A stretch of DNA of 64,000 bases from contig JBBTRQ010000011.1 of the NCBI GenBank assembly GCA_038065075.1, positions 5,924-69,923 on the forward strand, read 5' to 3'. The notes beneath the pieces were generated by a model. It saw only the letters and a program-made list of their open reading frames with translations. It had not been told where the DNA came from and searched no databases. The position numbers and the translations under genes were made by a program. Below are positions 1-9,582 of the stretch, in pieces; positions within the stretch are counted from its first letter, which is position 1; each line of letters starts with the position of its first letter. Source of the stretch: Patescibacteria group bacterium (lineage in GTDB: Bacteria; Patescibacteriota; Patescibacteriia; UBA9934; GWF2-40-263).

Positions 1-1767
1 CTTGCCGATCTCGTCGCGGATGCGATCACGGGTGTACTTGGGGTCGGCGGCCGATTTTGGATCGTTGTCGTCGATGGCTTTCTTCACTTGGTCACGAGTC
101 TGTTTGATGAGCTCTTGATGCTCCTTCATGAAGATGAAGCCGCGGCTGATGATGTCTGGGTAGCCCACGATCTTGCCAGTCTTCTTTTCAATCTGGGCGA
201 TGACGATCACCATGCCGTCTTCGGCCAAGACTTGGCGGTCACGCAGAACGACTTGGGAGACGTCGCCCACGCCCAGTCCGTCGACGAACACGTAATCGGT
301 CGGGACTTTTTCGTTCGTGAGGACGCCACCGTCTTTCCAGAACTCCATGACTTGTCCGTTGTCAACGATGAAGACGTTCTCTTTTGCCCATCCCATGGAG
401 TAGGCGACTTTCGCGTTCTCGCGCAGGAGGAAGTGGTTGCCTTCGATGGGGACGTAGTATTTTGGTTTGAAGAGCGCCAGCATGAGCTTGATGTCCTCTT
501 TCTTGGCGTGACCGCCGGCGTGCACGTCCATCATTTTGTAGTTGATGACGTTGGCGCCCTTGCGATAAAGCGTGTCCATGAGGCGTTGCACAGAGCCTTC
601 GTTTCCAGGGATCACCGATGAGGAAAAGATCACCGTATCGGTTTCTCGGACGCGAACATTGCGGTGCTCGTTGTTGGCGATGCGGTTCAGAGCCGCGTTC
701 TTCTCGCCTTGAGCTCCCGTGCAGATGAGCACGATTTTTTCATCGGGATAGCCGTCCATCTGTTCGGGCTTGATGAGAGTCGATTGGTTGCACTTGATGA
801 ACCCCATGGTCTTGGCGATCTCGACGTTGGTCTTCATGGAGTAGCCGTCGATGGCAACTTTCTTTCCGAGTTTCTCGGAAGCTTCGATAATCTGCTTTAC
901 GCGGGCAAGGAGTGACGCGAACGTGCCAATGATGACACGACCAGGAGCTTTCTCAATGATCGTCGTGAGTTCTTCACCAATGACTTTCTCGGAGATCTGG
1001 TGGCCTTCATGGTTGGCGTTGGTAGAGTCGCCCATGAGGCATAGCACACCTTCTTTTCCGAGCGCCGCGATTTGTTGAAAGTCGGCGTGCTCGGTGCCTT
1101 CGGGATGGAAATCGAATTTCCAGTCGCCGGTATGGCAGACACGGCCCATGGGGGTGTCGATCACAATACCCACGGCGTCGGGAATGGAATGGTTGATGTG
1201 GAAGAAGGAGACCGTGAGGTTTCCCAGGCGCAGAACGTCGCTCACTTTCGTAATCTTCACGTTGAGCTGGCGCGTGTGGAAGTCCTCTTGGCGGCGTTTA
1301 ATGATGGCCGCGGACATGGGCAGAGCGTAGATCGGCGGGTTGCCGATGTTGGGGACGGTGTGCGGGATGGCACCGATGTGGTCGTAGTGACCATGGGTGA
1401 TGATCACGCCGCGGATGTTTTTTTCCTTCCCCTTGAGATAACTCATGTTGGGGATGATGTAGTCCACACCGGGCATGTCCTCTTCAGGGAATTGGAGACC
1501 CATGTCCACAAGGATGATGTCATTCTTGTACTCGATGAGCGTGCAGTTGCGACCGACCTCCTCACAGCCCCCGAGGACCATGATGCGAAGTTTGTCACCG
1601 GCGGGAGAGCGGATCACTTTGGTTTGTGTTTGTCCTTGTGGATCCTGGTACTGTCCTGGTCGGTTGGATCGAAAGACTCGACCTTTGAACTTAGGTTTGC
1701 CCGGTGGTCGATGTCCGGGTTTGCCAGGCTGATGCCCGGGCTTACGTGGTGATTGTTGTTGAACCAT
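1..1767 (-). CDS. rnj: Ribonuclease J (3' end runs off the window)
   Basis: Manual minus-strand translation (not in ORF track): MVQQQSPRKPGH...LRIMVLGGCEEVGRNC...THGHYDHIG metallo-beta-lactamase motif...RDRIRDEIGK at window edge. Confidence 0.93.
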   Translation of the reverse strand, partial: MVQQQSPRKPGHQPGKPGHRPPGKPKFKGRVFRSNRPGQYQDPQGQTQTKVIRSPAGDKLRIMVLGGCEEVGRNCTLIEYKNDIILVDMGLQFPEEDMPGVDYIIPNMSYLKGKEKNIRGVIITHGHYDHIGAIPHTVPNIGNPPIYALPMSAAIIKRRQEDFHTRQLNVKITKVSDVLRLGNLTVSFFHINHSIPDAVGIVIDTPMGRVCHTGDWKFDFHPEGTEHADFQQIAALGKEGVLCLMGDSTNANHEGHQISEKVIGEELTTIIEKAPGRVIIGTFASLLARVKQIIEASEKLGKKVAIDGYSMKTNVEIAKTMGFIKCNQSTLIKPEQMDGYPDEKIVLICTGAQGEKNAALNRIANNEHRNVRVRETDTVIFSSSVIPGNEGSVQRLMDTLYRKGANVINYKMMDVHAGGHAKKEDIKLMLALFKPKYYVPIEGNHFLLRENAKVAYSMGWAKENVFIVDNGQVMEFWKDGGVLTNEKVPTDYVFVDGLGVGDVSQVVLRDRQVLAEDGMVIVIAQIEKKTGKIVGYPDIISRGFIFMKEHQELIKQTRDQVKKAIDDNDPKSAADPKYTRDRIRDEIGK

Positions 1768-1913
1768 AAAAAAGAAAAAAGGGAATAGAGAATTTAGGGA
1801 ATTGAGGCAAGTTGGAATATTCAGTTGTGAAGGGACGAGGGAAACGGGGGTGATCTTTTGGGAAGAGACGAGCGCTGGCTCATCTCTTTGGCAAAAGGTC
1901 ATCGTTGTTGTTT

Positions 1914-1998
1914 TGGTGCGGATGGAGGGACTCGAACCCTCAAGGTTTGCACCATACGCTTCTGAGACGTACGCGTATACCAGTTCCGCCACATCCGC
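1914..1998 (-). tRNA. tRNA-Leu(CAG)
   Basis: GCGGATGTGGCGGAACTGGTATACGCG...TACGT-CTCAGAA-GCGTA anticodon arm, long variable arm, GGTTCGAGTCC T-loop, encoded CCA. Confidence 0.95.
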
Positions 1999-2011
1999 AT
2001 GGCGCCCCCCG

Positions 2012-3823
2012 TTACCGAAGGGCCTTTTTTGTTTTGATGTACCAACTCGTGATGTCCGAGAATCGGTCAGAGGGGATTACGATCTGCTCGATTCCCGGGT
2101 GCTGGAGCTTTTTGGGAAGCGCGTAGCCGTAGGTCGACTGATAGAGATACAGGACGGGAAGATCTTTGGCAAGGAGAGCCTGAAACGCTTTGTATTTTTC
2201 TGCGCGAGCCGTGGTGTCCGTCAAGGCGCGACCCTCGACCAGAAGTGTATCGACTTCACTGTTACTGTATCCGACGAGATTGAGGCCCGACCCCTTACTT
2301 TGGGAGGAATGCCAGAAGGTGTACGGATCCGGATCAGCCTCGAATAGGATTGGGGCGAGGAGGAGTTCAAAGTTGCGCGGGGCGATCACGTCGGTGGCGA
2401 TCAGTTCAGGGGAGACGAAGGAGAGTTCCACTTCCATCCAGATCGCGCGCAGGTTGCCTTGGATCTTTTCTGCGACCAGGCGCATATCAGGCAGGTCAGT
2501 GCTTGTGAGAGTAAGACGCAACGTTTTTCCGGGTTCTTCCTCTGACTGCAGGGAGGATTTCAACAGCCGAATGTCTGAGCCTTCTTCTTGTGCGTATCCG
2601 GAGTCGGTCAGAAGCGTATTGGCTACGCTTGGATCGTAGGTGTCGACGAGGGTTTCGTCATATCCGACTTGGCCCGGGAGGATCTGCGCGTGGATGACAC
2701 GGGCGGACTCCCCGTACACGTCGTTCACGAGAGTGGATTTGTCGATCGCCTTTTGGATCGCTTGGCGCACAGAGAGATCTTTGAGAGCGACACTCAAGTT
2801 TTGGTTGAAATAGAGTACGGTCTCACGCAGGCTGAAGGGTTCGACCAGCTCGACGTTGCGGTTATTCTGAACATCCTCACGAGCCTCATATCCGACCACG
2901 CTCGCCCCCTCAACATTTTTATTTGCGAGAGCTTCTTGAAGCGCGATGGCGTCTGGATAGAACTTGAAGGTCAACTCTTCAATATACGGTGCCTGCGCGT
3001 AATAGTCGTCGTTGCGTTTGAGCGTGTAACTTCGGATGGATCCTTTTTTGTCTTTGGAAAATTCCGCGAACTCATAGGGACCGGAACCGACCGGCTGAAG
3101 GTTGAGGGCGGCCAGTGGCGCGTTCTGCGGAAGGATCTCCGCCCAGAGTCCGGCCGGGAGAATCCCCACGGTGAGAGATTGGACAAACGGCGCGAATGCA
3201 CCCTCCAGAACAAACGAAACCGTTTTGTCGTCTTCTTGTACCACGGTCACGTTGTAGAATTGGTCAGCGAGGGGACTGCGGTAGCTGGTGTTTTGAATGG
3301 CATTGATGGTGAAGAGGACATCGCGCGCACGCACATCCTCGCCATTGTGGAACTTGGCGTTGTCACGAATCTTGAGGGTATAGACCGTGCCGTCTTCATT
3401 GATGGTGAGAGACTCGGCAAGATCGGGAATGAATCCTTCCTCTGGATCCCAGCGCATGAGCCCGGAGTAGATGAGGCTCGCCAGATCTTGATCGACATCG
3501 CTTTGGATGGCGTACAGAGGATTGATGAACTGTGGTTCCCCAATAAGTCCTTCCGTGTACTGTCCGCCGACCGCGGGAATTTCTACGCGGTGGCTCACGA
3601 CATACGTGCCACCCCAACCGAGAATCGAGAGGATGAGAACAACGATGGCTCCGCCTAGGATGCGGCGTTCTGTTTGCGTGAGGATGCCAGGGAGCTGTTG
3701 CCACTGCTTCCACGAGGGGAAACCCTTCATCTTTCGTACCGCAAAGACCTGACGCATGGTGAGGTCATGGGCTCTGGATTTCGGATCCCTGTCTCGTTTA
3801 AAGAATGTGCGTATGTCTGGCAC
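2012..3823 (-). CDS. Family 5 (OppA/DppA-like) extracellular solute-binding protein with N-terminal TM anchor
   Basis: 603 aa; INPLY, LIYSGL, PDLAES, FHNGE..ARDVLFT, PVGSGPY, YSNSEVD motifs; no permease nearby. Confidence 0.85.
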   Translation of the reverse strand: MPDIRTFFKRDRDPKSRAHDLTMRQVFAVRKMKGFPSWKQWQQLPGILTQTERRILGGAIVVLILSILGWGGTYVVSHRVEIPAVGGQYTEGLIGEPQFINPLYAIQSDVDQDLASLIYSGLMRWDPEEGFIPDLAESLTINEDGTVYTLKIRDNAKFHNGEDVRARDVLFTINAIQNTSYRSPLADQFYNVTVVQEDDKTVSFVLEGAFAPFVQSLTVGILPAGLWAEILPQNAPLAALNLQPVGSGPYEFAEFSKDKKGSIRSYTLKRNDDYYAQAPYIEELTFKFYPDAIALQEALANKNVEGASVVGYEAREDVQNNRNVELVEPFSLRETVLYFNQNLSVALKDLSVRQAIQKAIDKSTLVNDVYGESARVIHAQILPGQVGYDETLVDTYDPSVANTLLTDSGYAQEEGSDIRLLKSSLQSEEEPGKTLRLTLTSTDLPDMRLVAEKIQGNLRAIWMEVELSFVSPELIATDVIAPRNFELLLAPILFEADPDPYTFWHSSQSKGSGLNLVGYSNSEVDTLLVEGRALTDTTARAEKYKAFQALLAKDLPVLYLYQSTYGYALPKKLQHPGIEQIVIPSDRFSDITSWYIKTKKALR

Positions 3824-3840
3824 AAGTGCGGGCGCGCTCT

Positions 3841-4062
3841 TTAGACAAGAGCATTCGCCAGAGCGACTCCAAAGAATAGAATGGACAGCACGATGGTGAG
3901 CTGAAAGAGTTTCTTTTCAGCTCCCCGTTTTGTTCGATAGACGTTTCCGCCGCCACCGAATGCCGCGCCCAGTCCCGTGCCACGAGCTTGTAGAAGGATC
4001 GCGGCGACGAGAAGAATGGCGAGGATAATTTGCGATGTGTTGAGGATCGATTCGACGTTCAT
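3841..4062 (-). CDS. secG: Preprotein translocase subunit SecG
   Basis: 73 aa; ILLQARGTGLGAAFGG...RTKRGAEK, two TM helices. Confidence 0.93.
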   Translation of the reverse strand: MNVESILNTSQIILAILLVAAILLQARGTGLGAAFGGGGNVYRTKRGAEKKLFQLTIVLSILFFGVALANALV

Positions 4063-4192
4063 AGTTCGACGTTACCCACTACGGGTACGGATTTTTGATT
4101 CGTCGAAATGCTATCAGAGAACCCTCATTTGGTCAATTCCATGATATACTTTTTCTATCATCCACGCTATTTATAGTGAGTCATATCGAACT

Positions 4193-4927
4193 ATGGAGGC
4201 AGACGCACACATCCATCGTCGCCGTGGCCTTATCGCCACGATTGTCACGCTCGCGGTCTTGGGGCTGTTGGGAGTTTTTGTAGTGCGCGTGGTGCACTAT
4301 GTCAACCTCATTCGTTCAGGGGACATCGACTATTCCTCCTTGAGTTTCAATTCCATGTTTTCCACGAGCGCCGTCTTGGCGAGCCAGCCCGTCACAGATG
4401 GGATATTCGATCTTGCGACGTTTGATGATCCGAGTTTGGGGTCTGGCTCGGCTGCCGTGACCATTGTGGAGTTTGCGGATTTCGGATGTCCTTACTCGCG
4501 TGAATCGAGTTTCATCGTGCGCGAGCTGGCCAACCAGTATCCTGAAGATGTGCGCTTCGTGTATCGAGATTTTCCGCTTTCAGATATTCATCCGATTGGG
4601 CAAAAGGCCGCGGAAGCAGGGGAATGCGCGCAGGATCAAGGAAAGTTTTGGGAGTATCACGACAAGCTCTATCAAAACCAATCGGGCTTGACACAGGAGA
4701 GCTTGGTCGAGTTTGCCGCCGAGCTCAACATGAACGCGTATCAGTTTGAGACCTGCTTGGATTCGGGTCGGTATGCAGATGAGGTCATTGAAGATTATCA
4801 AGCGGGTGTCGAAGCTGGCGTGCGCGGGACACCGACGTTTTTCGTGAACGGCAACCGTATTGCCGGCGCGATCCCGAAAGATATTTTGGACGCGATCATT
4901 CAATCCGTTTTGAATCGAGAGGAATAG
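4193..4927 (+). CDS. Membrane-anchored DsbA/BdbD-like thioredoxin-fold protein (CPYS active site)
   Basis: TIVEFADFGCPYS, VYRDFPL, AAEAGECAQDQGKFWEYHD, GVRGTPTFFVNG. Confidence 0.88.
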   Translation: MEADAHIHRRRGLIATIVTLAVLGLLGVFVVRVVHYVNLIRSGDIDYSSLSFNSMFSTSAVLASQPVTDGIFDLATFDDPSLGSGSAAVTIVEFADFGCPYSRESSFIVRELANQYPEDVRFVYRDFPLSDIHPIGQKAAEAGECAQDQGKFWEYHDKLYQNQSGLTQESLVEFAAELNMNAYQFETCLDSGRYADEVIEDYQAGVEAGVRGTPTFFVNGNRIAGAIPKDILDAIIQSVLNREE

Positions 4928-4929
4928 CT

Positions 4930-6504
4930 ATGCAACGTCGTCGACTTTTGTTCACGATCGGACTTGTCTTCATCACGGCGACGTCTTTTGTTGCTCCCGT
5001 AGAGACGTTCGCCGCCGAAGATACGTGCGAATGTTGGTGCGAAAGCAAAGAAGGAGCCGTTTCGTATGCGCAGGGAACAGATTTGGAGATACCCGCTTCA
5101 GACTGTCGTACTTTTTGTGCGCAGGACTATCCTGGGTATCAAATGGCAGTTTGTGCAACCTCGTCCAATCAGTTGCCAAGCCAAAATATCAATTGCTTTA
5201 CCGCCGATGAATGCACCAAGCAAAAGGGTGAGCCTGATAAAAAGTATCAGCCGCCGGAATGCATGAATGGCAGATATTACTGTTATCCTGATTCCTCCAA
5301 GGCGGCCAAGGTAACGCTCTCGACATCCATCGGGGGACTGCAGGTGACGGGGGATCTGGGCGAGTACATCTCCAAGGTCTACACCTGGCTCATCGGTACC
5401 GCCACGACCATTGCCATTGTCTTCATCATGGTTGCCGGATTGCGCTGGACGTTGGGAGGGTTGAGCGCGGATCAGGTGGGCAAGGCCAAGAAGCTCATCC
5501 AAAATTCCGTCACCGGCCTGGTGCTCTTGTTGGGGACCTACCTTCTGTTGGCCACGATCAACCCGCAACTGTTAAAATTGCAAGTGCCGAGATTTCCGAT
5601 GATCAAGCAGATTGGCTTGGTTACGGCGGGCACGAGTTGTGGGTATCTTACAGGGGACAATGGTTACGGCGGGCCGTACCCAGGGTCACCGCACAATAGA
5701 AGCACGTTTAGGTCAGAGGATCCCAAAGCTGGGAAGCCGTATAAGCTCGAAGATGCTACTGGTACAAAATGTGGAGACGTCGCGAAAGTCGTAGAAGATT
5801 GGGAGGGCGAATCGTTGCCAGATGGAACAACATGCACCTATGACTCCTGCCCGACTCCGCCCCCGGTTCTGACATCTGAAAATGCCAACCAGTTCACCAA
5901 GTGCTTTATCAATGTAACGGGTGGTCAGTGTCTCTCATGTGGCCAGATCGTTGTGGGGAATCTGTTTATTGAGCCCAGTTCAAGCGTGTGCGCACAGTTG
6001 TCGCTCCCAGAGAAAAGCAAACCTGTTACGAGAAAGGTCACGACGCGTGTGCGGAATTTCTGGCCAGACGCGGGTGAGTGGCAGAGGAATGTTTCCGTGC
6101 CCATCATCAACCAATGCTTTTGGACGAAAGCCGGATCCATGATGGATGGAATCAACGGTCCAATTGATGCGCTTACGTCTTCTGGCACATGTGCCATGTT
6201 ACAGATTGATTGTACGAAGATTAATGACTGCGAGGATTACGACACAGTGCCAGAGGTCGTGAACGCTCAACAAACCGCGGATTTAGAAGCTATTCGCAAT
6301 CACGGAGTGCATAATGTCGCCTACGGTTTAGCTCAGGTAAATACCGGCGATTTGTCGCTTACTTCGATTTGCAATGATGATCCTTGCGAAGTTGAGGTGG
6401 AGGGAAAGACACAGTGTCGGAGCAACCAACTAGAACCACGTGTTGAATCTTGGACGGAGTTTGTCTCTTTACAGGGGAACGATTGCGTGACAGTGAACGA
6501 TTGA
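4930..6504 (+). CDS. Secreted Cys-rich protein with central pilin-like two-helix membrane segment
   Basis: Signal peptide; ~26 Cys; YISKVYTWLIG...VAGLRW...KAKKLIQNSVTGLVLLLGTYLLLATINPQL resembles VirB2-like CPR pilins. Confidence 0.7.
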   Translation: MQRRRLLFTIGLVFITATSFVAPVETFAAEDTCECWCESKEGAVSYAQGTDLEIPASDCRTFCAQDYPGYQMAVCATSSNQLPSQNINCFTADECTKQKGEPDKKYQPPECMNGRYYCYPDSSKAAKVTLSTSIGGLQVTGDLGEYISKVYTWLIGTATTIAIVFIMVAGLRWTLGGLSADQVGKAKKLIQNSVTGLVLLLGTYLLLATINPQLLKLQVPRFPMIKQIGLVTAGTSCGYLTGDNGYGGPYPGSPHNRSTFRSEDPKAGKPYKLEDATGTKCGDVAKVVEDWEGESLPDGTTCTYDSCPTPPPVLTSENANQFTKCFINVTGGQCLSCGQIVVGNLFIEPSSSVCAQLSLPEKSKPVTRKVTTRVRNFWPDAGEWQRNVSVPIINQCFWTKAGSMMDGINGPIDALTSSGTCAMLQIDCTKINDCEDYDTVPEVVNAQQTADLEAIRNHGVHNVAYGLAQVNTGDLSLTSICNDDPCEVEVEGKTQCRSNQLEPRVESWTEFVSLQGNDCVTVND

Positions 6505-6512
6505 GATTTCAT

Positions 6513-6547
6513 GCACCGGGCGCAACTCTTGCCCGGTGTTTTGTTTT
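6513..6547 (+). terminator. Intrinsic terminator
   Basis: GCACCGGGC-loop-GCCCGGTGT followed by TTTGTTTT. Confidence 0.7.
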
Positions 6548-6580
6548 GTGGTAGTGTGGCGAGCGCTTTATAGCCACAGA

Positions 6581-6664
6581 TTTCATAGGGGCTTTAGCCC
6601 CGTCCGTGTTCGACGCCCCTCCCGCCGTCGCTGAAGCTATGGCGGGCAGGAAAGGGGCTGTGAA
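6581..6664. repeat. REP-like doublet with a nested 30-nt palindromic insert at 6621-6650
   Basis: TTTCATAGGGGCTTTAGCCCCGTCC (6581-6605) is the exact reverse complement of 32898-32922; partner GCCCCT|AAAGGGGCTGTGAA is split by CCCGCCGTCGCTGAAGCTATGGCGGGCAGG. Confidence 0.8.
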
Positions 6665-6672
6665 GATTTATT

Positions 6673-9549
6673 ATGTCCAACAAGATTTCTGTTCGAGGAG
6701 CCCGCGTTCACAACCTCAAGAACATCAGTGTCGACATCCCAAAGAATCAGCTCGTCGTCATTACCGGTCTTTCCGGTTCGGGGAAATCCTCTCTGGCCTT
6801 TGACACCATTTACGCCGAAGGTCAGCGCCGCTACATGGAGTCGCTGTCTTCTTACGCCCGTCAGTTCCTTGAGCTTCAAGACAAACCAGACGTCGATGAG
6901 ATCCTTGGTCTCTCGCCGACGATCGCCATCGACCAAAAATCTTCGTCGCACAACCCGCGCTCTACCGTGGGGACCGTGACGGAGATTTATGATTTTTTAC
7001 GCGTCTTGTTCGCGCGTGCCGGCCGACCGCATTGTCCAAAATGTGGCGCACCGGTGTCTGAGCAGTCACTTCCGCAGATCGTGACACAGGTGAGCAAGTC
7101 GCTCGGGGAAAACCGTATCCTCCTCTTGGCTCCCGTTGTTCACCAACTTAAAGGCGAGCACAAACCTGCCTTGCAGGGCGCGCTCAATGCCGGGTTTACG
7201 CGTGTGCGTTTTGATGGATTTTTGATGGACACGCAAGAGGCGCTCACGATGCGCAAAGATAAGAAGAAGGATCACGACATCGACGTCGTCATATTCGATT
7301 TTGACCCGACTCAGACGTACTCCATGGAAACGGTGACCGTGCAAGTTCAGAAAGCCCTTGAGTATGGCAATGGTTTCGTGACGCTTTTGAACGACGACAA
7401 CGGAGACGAGTCCACCCTCTCTCAAAGTTTCATGTGCACCAACTGCAACCTCAACCTTCCTAAACCTGAACCGCGACTCTTCTCGTTTAACTCTCCGTTC
7501 GGTGCCTGCCCAGAATGTACGGGCCTAGGGGAGAAGCTTGTGCTTGAACCGGATCTCGTGATCCCTAACCGTCGCCTCACGTTTGAAGAGGGAGCCGTGC
7601 GGCCATGGACGCGCATTGCCGGCAACCAGACGAGCTACATGGACATCTTGAAGCTGGTCGCGAAGAAACATCGCATCCCCATGGACGCGCCCATCAGCAA
7701 AATCGCCAAGGCAAAATTAGAATTGCTTCTGAACGGAACGGGTGATGACGAGTACTCGTACAAGGGTGAGATGGTGACGTTCCCTGGAATCCTCGTCCAA
7801 CTTGAGCAGAAGTACCGCGAAACGGATTCTGAGTATGTCCGTGCTGAACTCGAGGGCTATATGCGCCGCATGCTATGTCCCCGTTGTCAGGGGAAACGTC
7901 TCCAGCCATCGGTGTTGGCGATCACCATTGCAGACAAATCGATTTCGGATGTCGTGAATATGCCCGTGGAGGAAGTGAAGGAATTTTTTGAGAAGGTAGC
8001 GAAGGTGGAACCCGCCTTCGCCAAGGCTATGGCGGGCAAGAAGGTGGCGAAGGTGGAAAAGGGACTCACGAATGAGGAGCGTCTTGTGGTGGAGCGCGTC
8101 GCCAAGGAGGTGCGGGCTCGCATCGACCAGCTCATGCAGGTTGGCCTTGGGTATCTCACCCTCGACCGTAGTGCGATGACGCTTTCGGGCGGAGAGAGCC
8201 AGCGCGTGCGGCTTGCGACCCAGCTTGGCAGTCAGCTCTCCGGTGTTATCTATATTTTGGATGAGCCCTCCATCGGTCTGCACCCACGCGACAACGACCA
8301 TCTCATTGAAACGATCCGTGCGCTGAAAGACTTTGGCAACTCTGTCATCGTCGTCGAGCACGATAAGGCCATGATCGAGGCGGCCGACTATGTGTTTGAT
8401 GTGGGTCCGGGTGCGGGCGAGTACGGCGGACAGATCGTCGCGGAAGGAACGCCTGCCCAGATCAAGAAGAATAAAGATTCGCTCACGGGCCAATACCTCA
8501 CGGGCAAGAAAGAGATTCCGCTCCCGAAGAAGTACCGCAAAGGAAATGGCAAGAAGATTACCGTGCAAGGGGCAACCGCGTTCAACCTCAAGAACGTCGA
8601 CGTCGATATCCCACTTGGAAAACTTGTCTGCGTGACAGGCGTTTCAGGATCGGGAAAGTCGACGCTCATTTTGGATATCTTAGGCAAGGCGCTGAGCCGG
8701 AAGTTTTACCGCGCCAAGGTGTATCCGGGTGACCACAAGGCAATCCACGGCATTGAGAACATCGACAAGGTCGTTGCGGTGGACCAGTCGCCGATTGGTC
8801 GAACCCCGCGTTCCAACCCAGCAACGTACACCGGCGTCTTCACGGCGATCCGAGATCTCTTCACAGATCAACCTGAAGCGAAGATGCGCAAGTTTGACGC
8901 CGGCAAGTTTAGTTTCAACGTGAAGGGTGGAGGACGTTGTGAAGCCTGCGGGGGAGATGGCATGCGTCGGATTGAAATGCAGTTCTTGCCCGACGTGTAC
9001 GTCGAGTGTTCCGAGTGCCGTGGCACGCGCTACAACCAAGAGGCGCTTGAGATCCACTACAAACAAAAACACATCGCCGATGTGCTCAACATGACGGTGG
9101 AGGAGGCGCGTCGCTTCTTCGCAGATCAGACGGCGATCTTTGATAAGCTCAACATCCTGCACGAGGTGGGACTGGGATACCTGCGCCTTGGACAGAGCGC
9201 CACAACGCTCTCCGGCGGAGAGGCTCAGCGCGTGAAACTCGCCACCGAGCTTTCTCGTCGCGCCACCGGCCGGACACTCTACATTCTGGACGAGCCCACG
9301 ACAGGTCTTCACTTCGAAGACATCAAGCGGCTCCTGGGCGTCTTGCACCAGCTGGTCGACAAAGGGAACACCGTCGTCATCATCGAGCACAACCTCGACG
9401 TCGTGAAAGGCGCTGACTGGGTGATCGACATGGGACCCGACGGGGGCATTAAGGGGGGAGAAGTAGTGGCCGTTGGTACACCTAAAGATATTGTGAAGAT
9501 AAAGAGGAGTATCACTGGACAGTACCTAAAAGCAGTCTTGAAAGGTTGA
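6673..9549 (+). CDS. uvrA: Excinuclease ABC subunit A
   Basis: 958 aa; GARVHNLKN, TGLSGSGKSSLAFDTIYAEGQRRY, two ABC cassettes, Zn fingers. Confidence 0.98.
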   Translation: MSNKISVRGARVHNLKNISVDIPKNQLVVITGLSGSGKSSLAFDTIYAEGQRRYMESLSSYARQFLELQDKPDVDEILGLSPTIAIDQKSSSHNPRSTVGTVTEIYDFLRVLFARAGRPHCPKCGAPVSEQSLPQIVTQVSKSLGENRILLLAPVVHQLKGEHKPALQGALNAGFTRVRFDGFLMDTQEALTMRKDKKKDHDIDVVIFDFDPTQTYSMETVTVQVQKALEYGNGFVTLLNDDNGDESTLSQSFMCTNCNLNLPKPEPRLFSFNSPFGACPECTGLGEKLVLEPDLVIPNRRLTFEEGAVRPWTRIAGNQTSYMDILKLVAKKHRIPMDAPISKIAKAKLELLLNGTGDDEYSYKGEMVTFPGILVQLEQKYRETDSEYVRAELEGYMRRMLCPRCQGKRLQPSVLAITIADKSISDVVNMPVEEVKEFFEKVAKVEPAFAKAMAGKKVAKVEKGLTNEERLVVERVAKEVRARIDQLMQVGLGYLTLDRSAMTLSGGESQRVRLATQLGSQLSGVIYILDEPSIGLHPRDNDHLIETIRALKDFGNSVIVVEHDKAMIEAADYVFDVGPGAGEYGGQIVAEGTPAQIKKNKDSLTGQYLTGKKEIPLPKKYRKGNGKKITVQGATAFNLKNVDVDIPLGKLVCVTGVSGSGKSTLILDILGKALSRKFYRAKVYPGDHKAIHGIENIDKVVAVDQSPIGRTPRSNPATYTGVFTAIRDLFTDQPEAKMRKFDAGKFSFNVKGGGRCEACGGDGMRRIEMQFLPDVYVECSECRGTRYNQEALEIHYKQKHIADVLNMTVEEARRFFADQTAIFDKLNILHEVGLGYLRLGQSATTLSGGEAQRVKLATELSRRATGRTLYILDEPTTGLHFEDIKRLLGVLHQLVDKGNTVVIIEHNLDVVKGADWVIDMGPDGGIKGGEVVAVGTPKDIVKIKRSITGQYLKAVLKG
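8011..8038. repeat. Palindromic mini-repeat in-frame inside uvrA, flanked by 20-bp direct repeats
   Basis: CCCGCCTTCGCCAAGGCTATGGCGGGCA between AGAAGGTAGCGAAGGTGGAA (7991-8010) and AGAAGGTGGCGAAGGTGGAA (8039-8058). Confidence 0.8.
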
Positions 9550-9582
9550 CGTATTTAGGAAAATAGGCTAGTTTTGTTCGCT

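Noticed and set aside
1690-1767. KPGH-type repeats at the RNase J N-terminus as an inserted element
   Set aside because: Looks like an ordinary low-complexity disordered extension; no palindrome or flanking duplication.
88-3658. Long plus-strand ORFs (88-621, 1072-1752, 2588-3658)
   Set aside because: Antisense shadows of rnj and the SBP gene with no motifs. The same applies to 22741-23589, 33253-34041, 41555-42313 and most short ORFs in the track.
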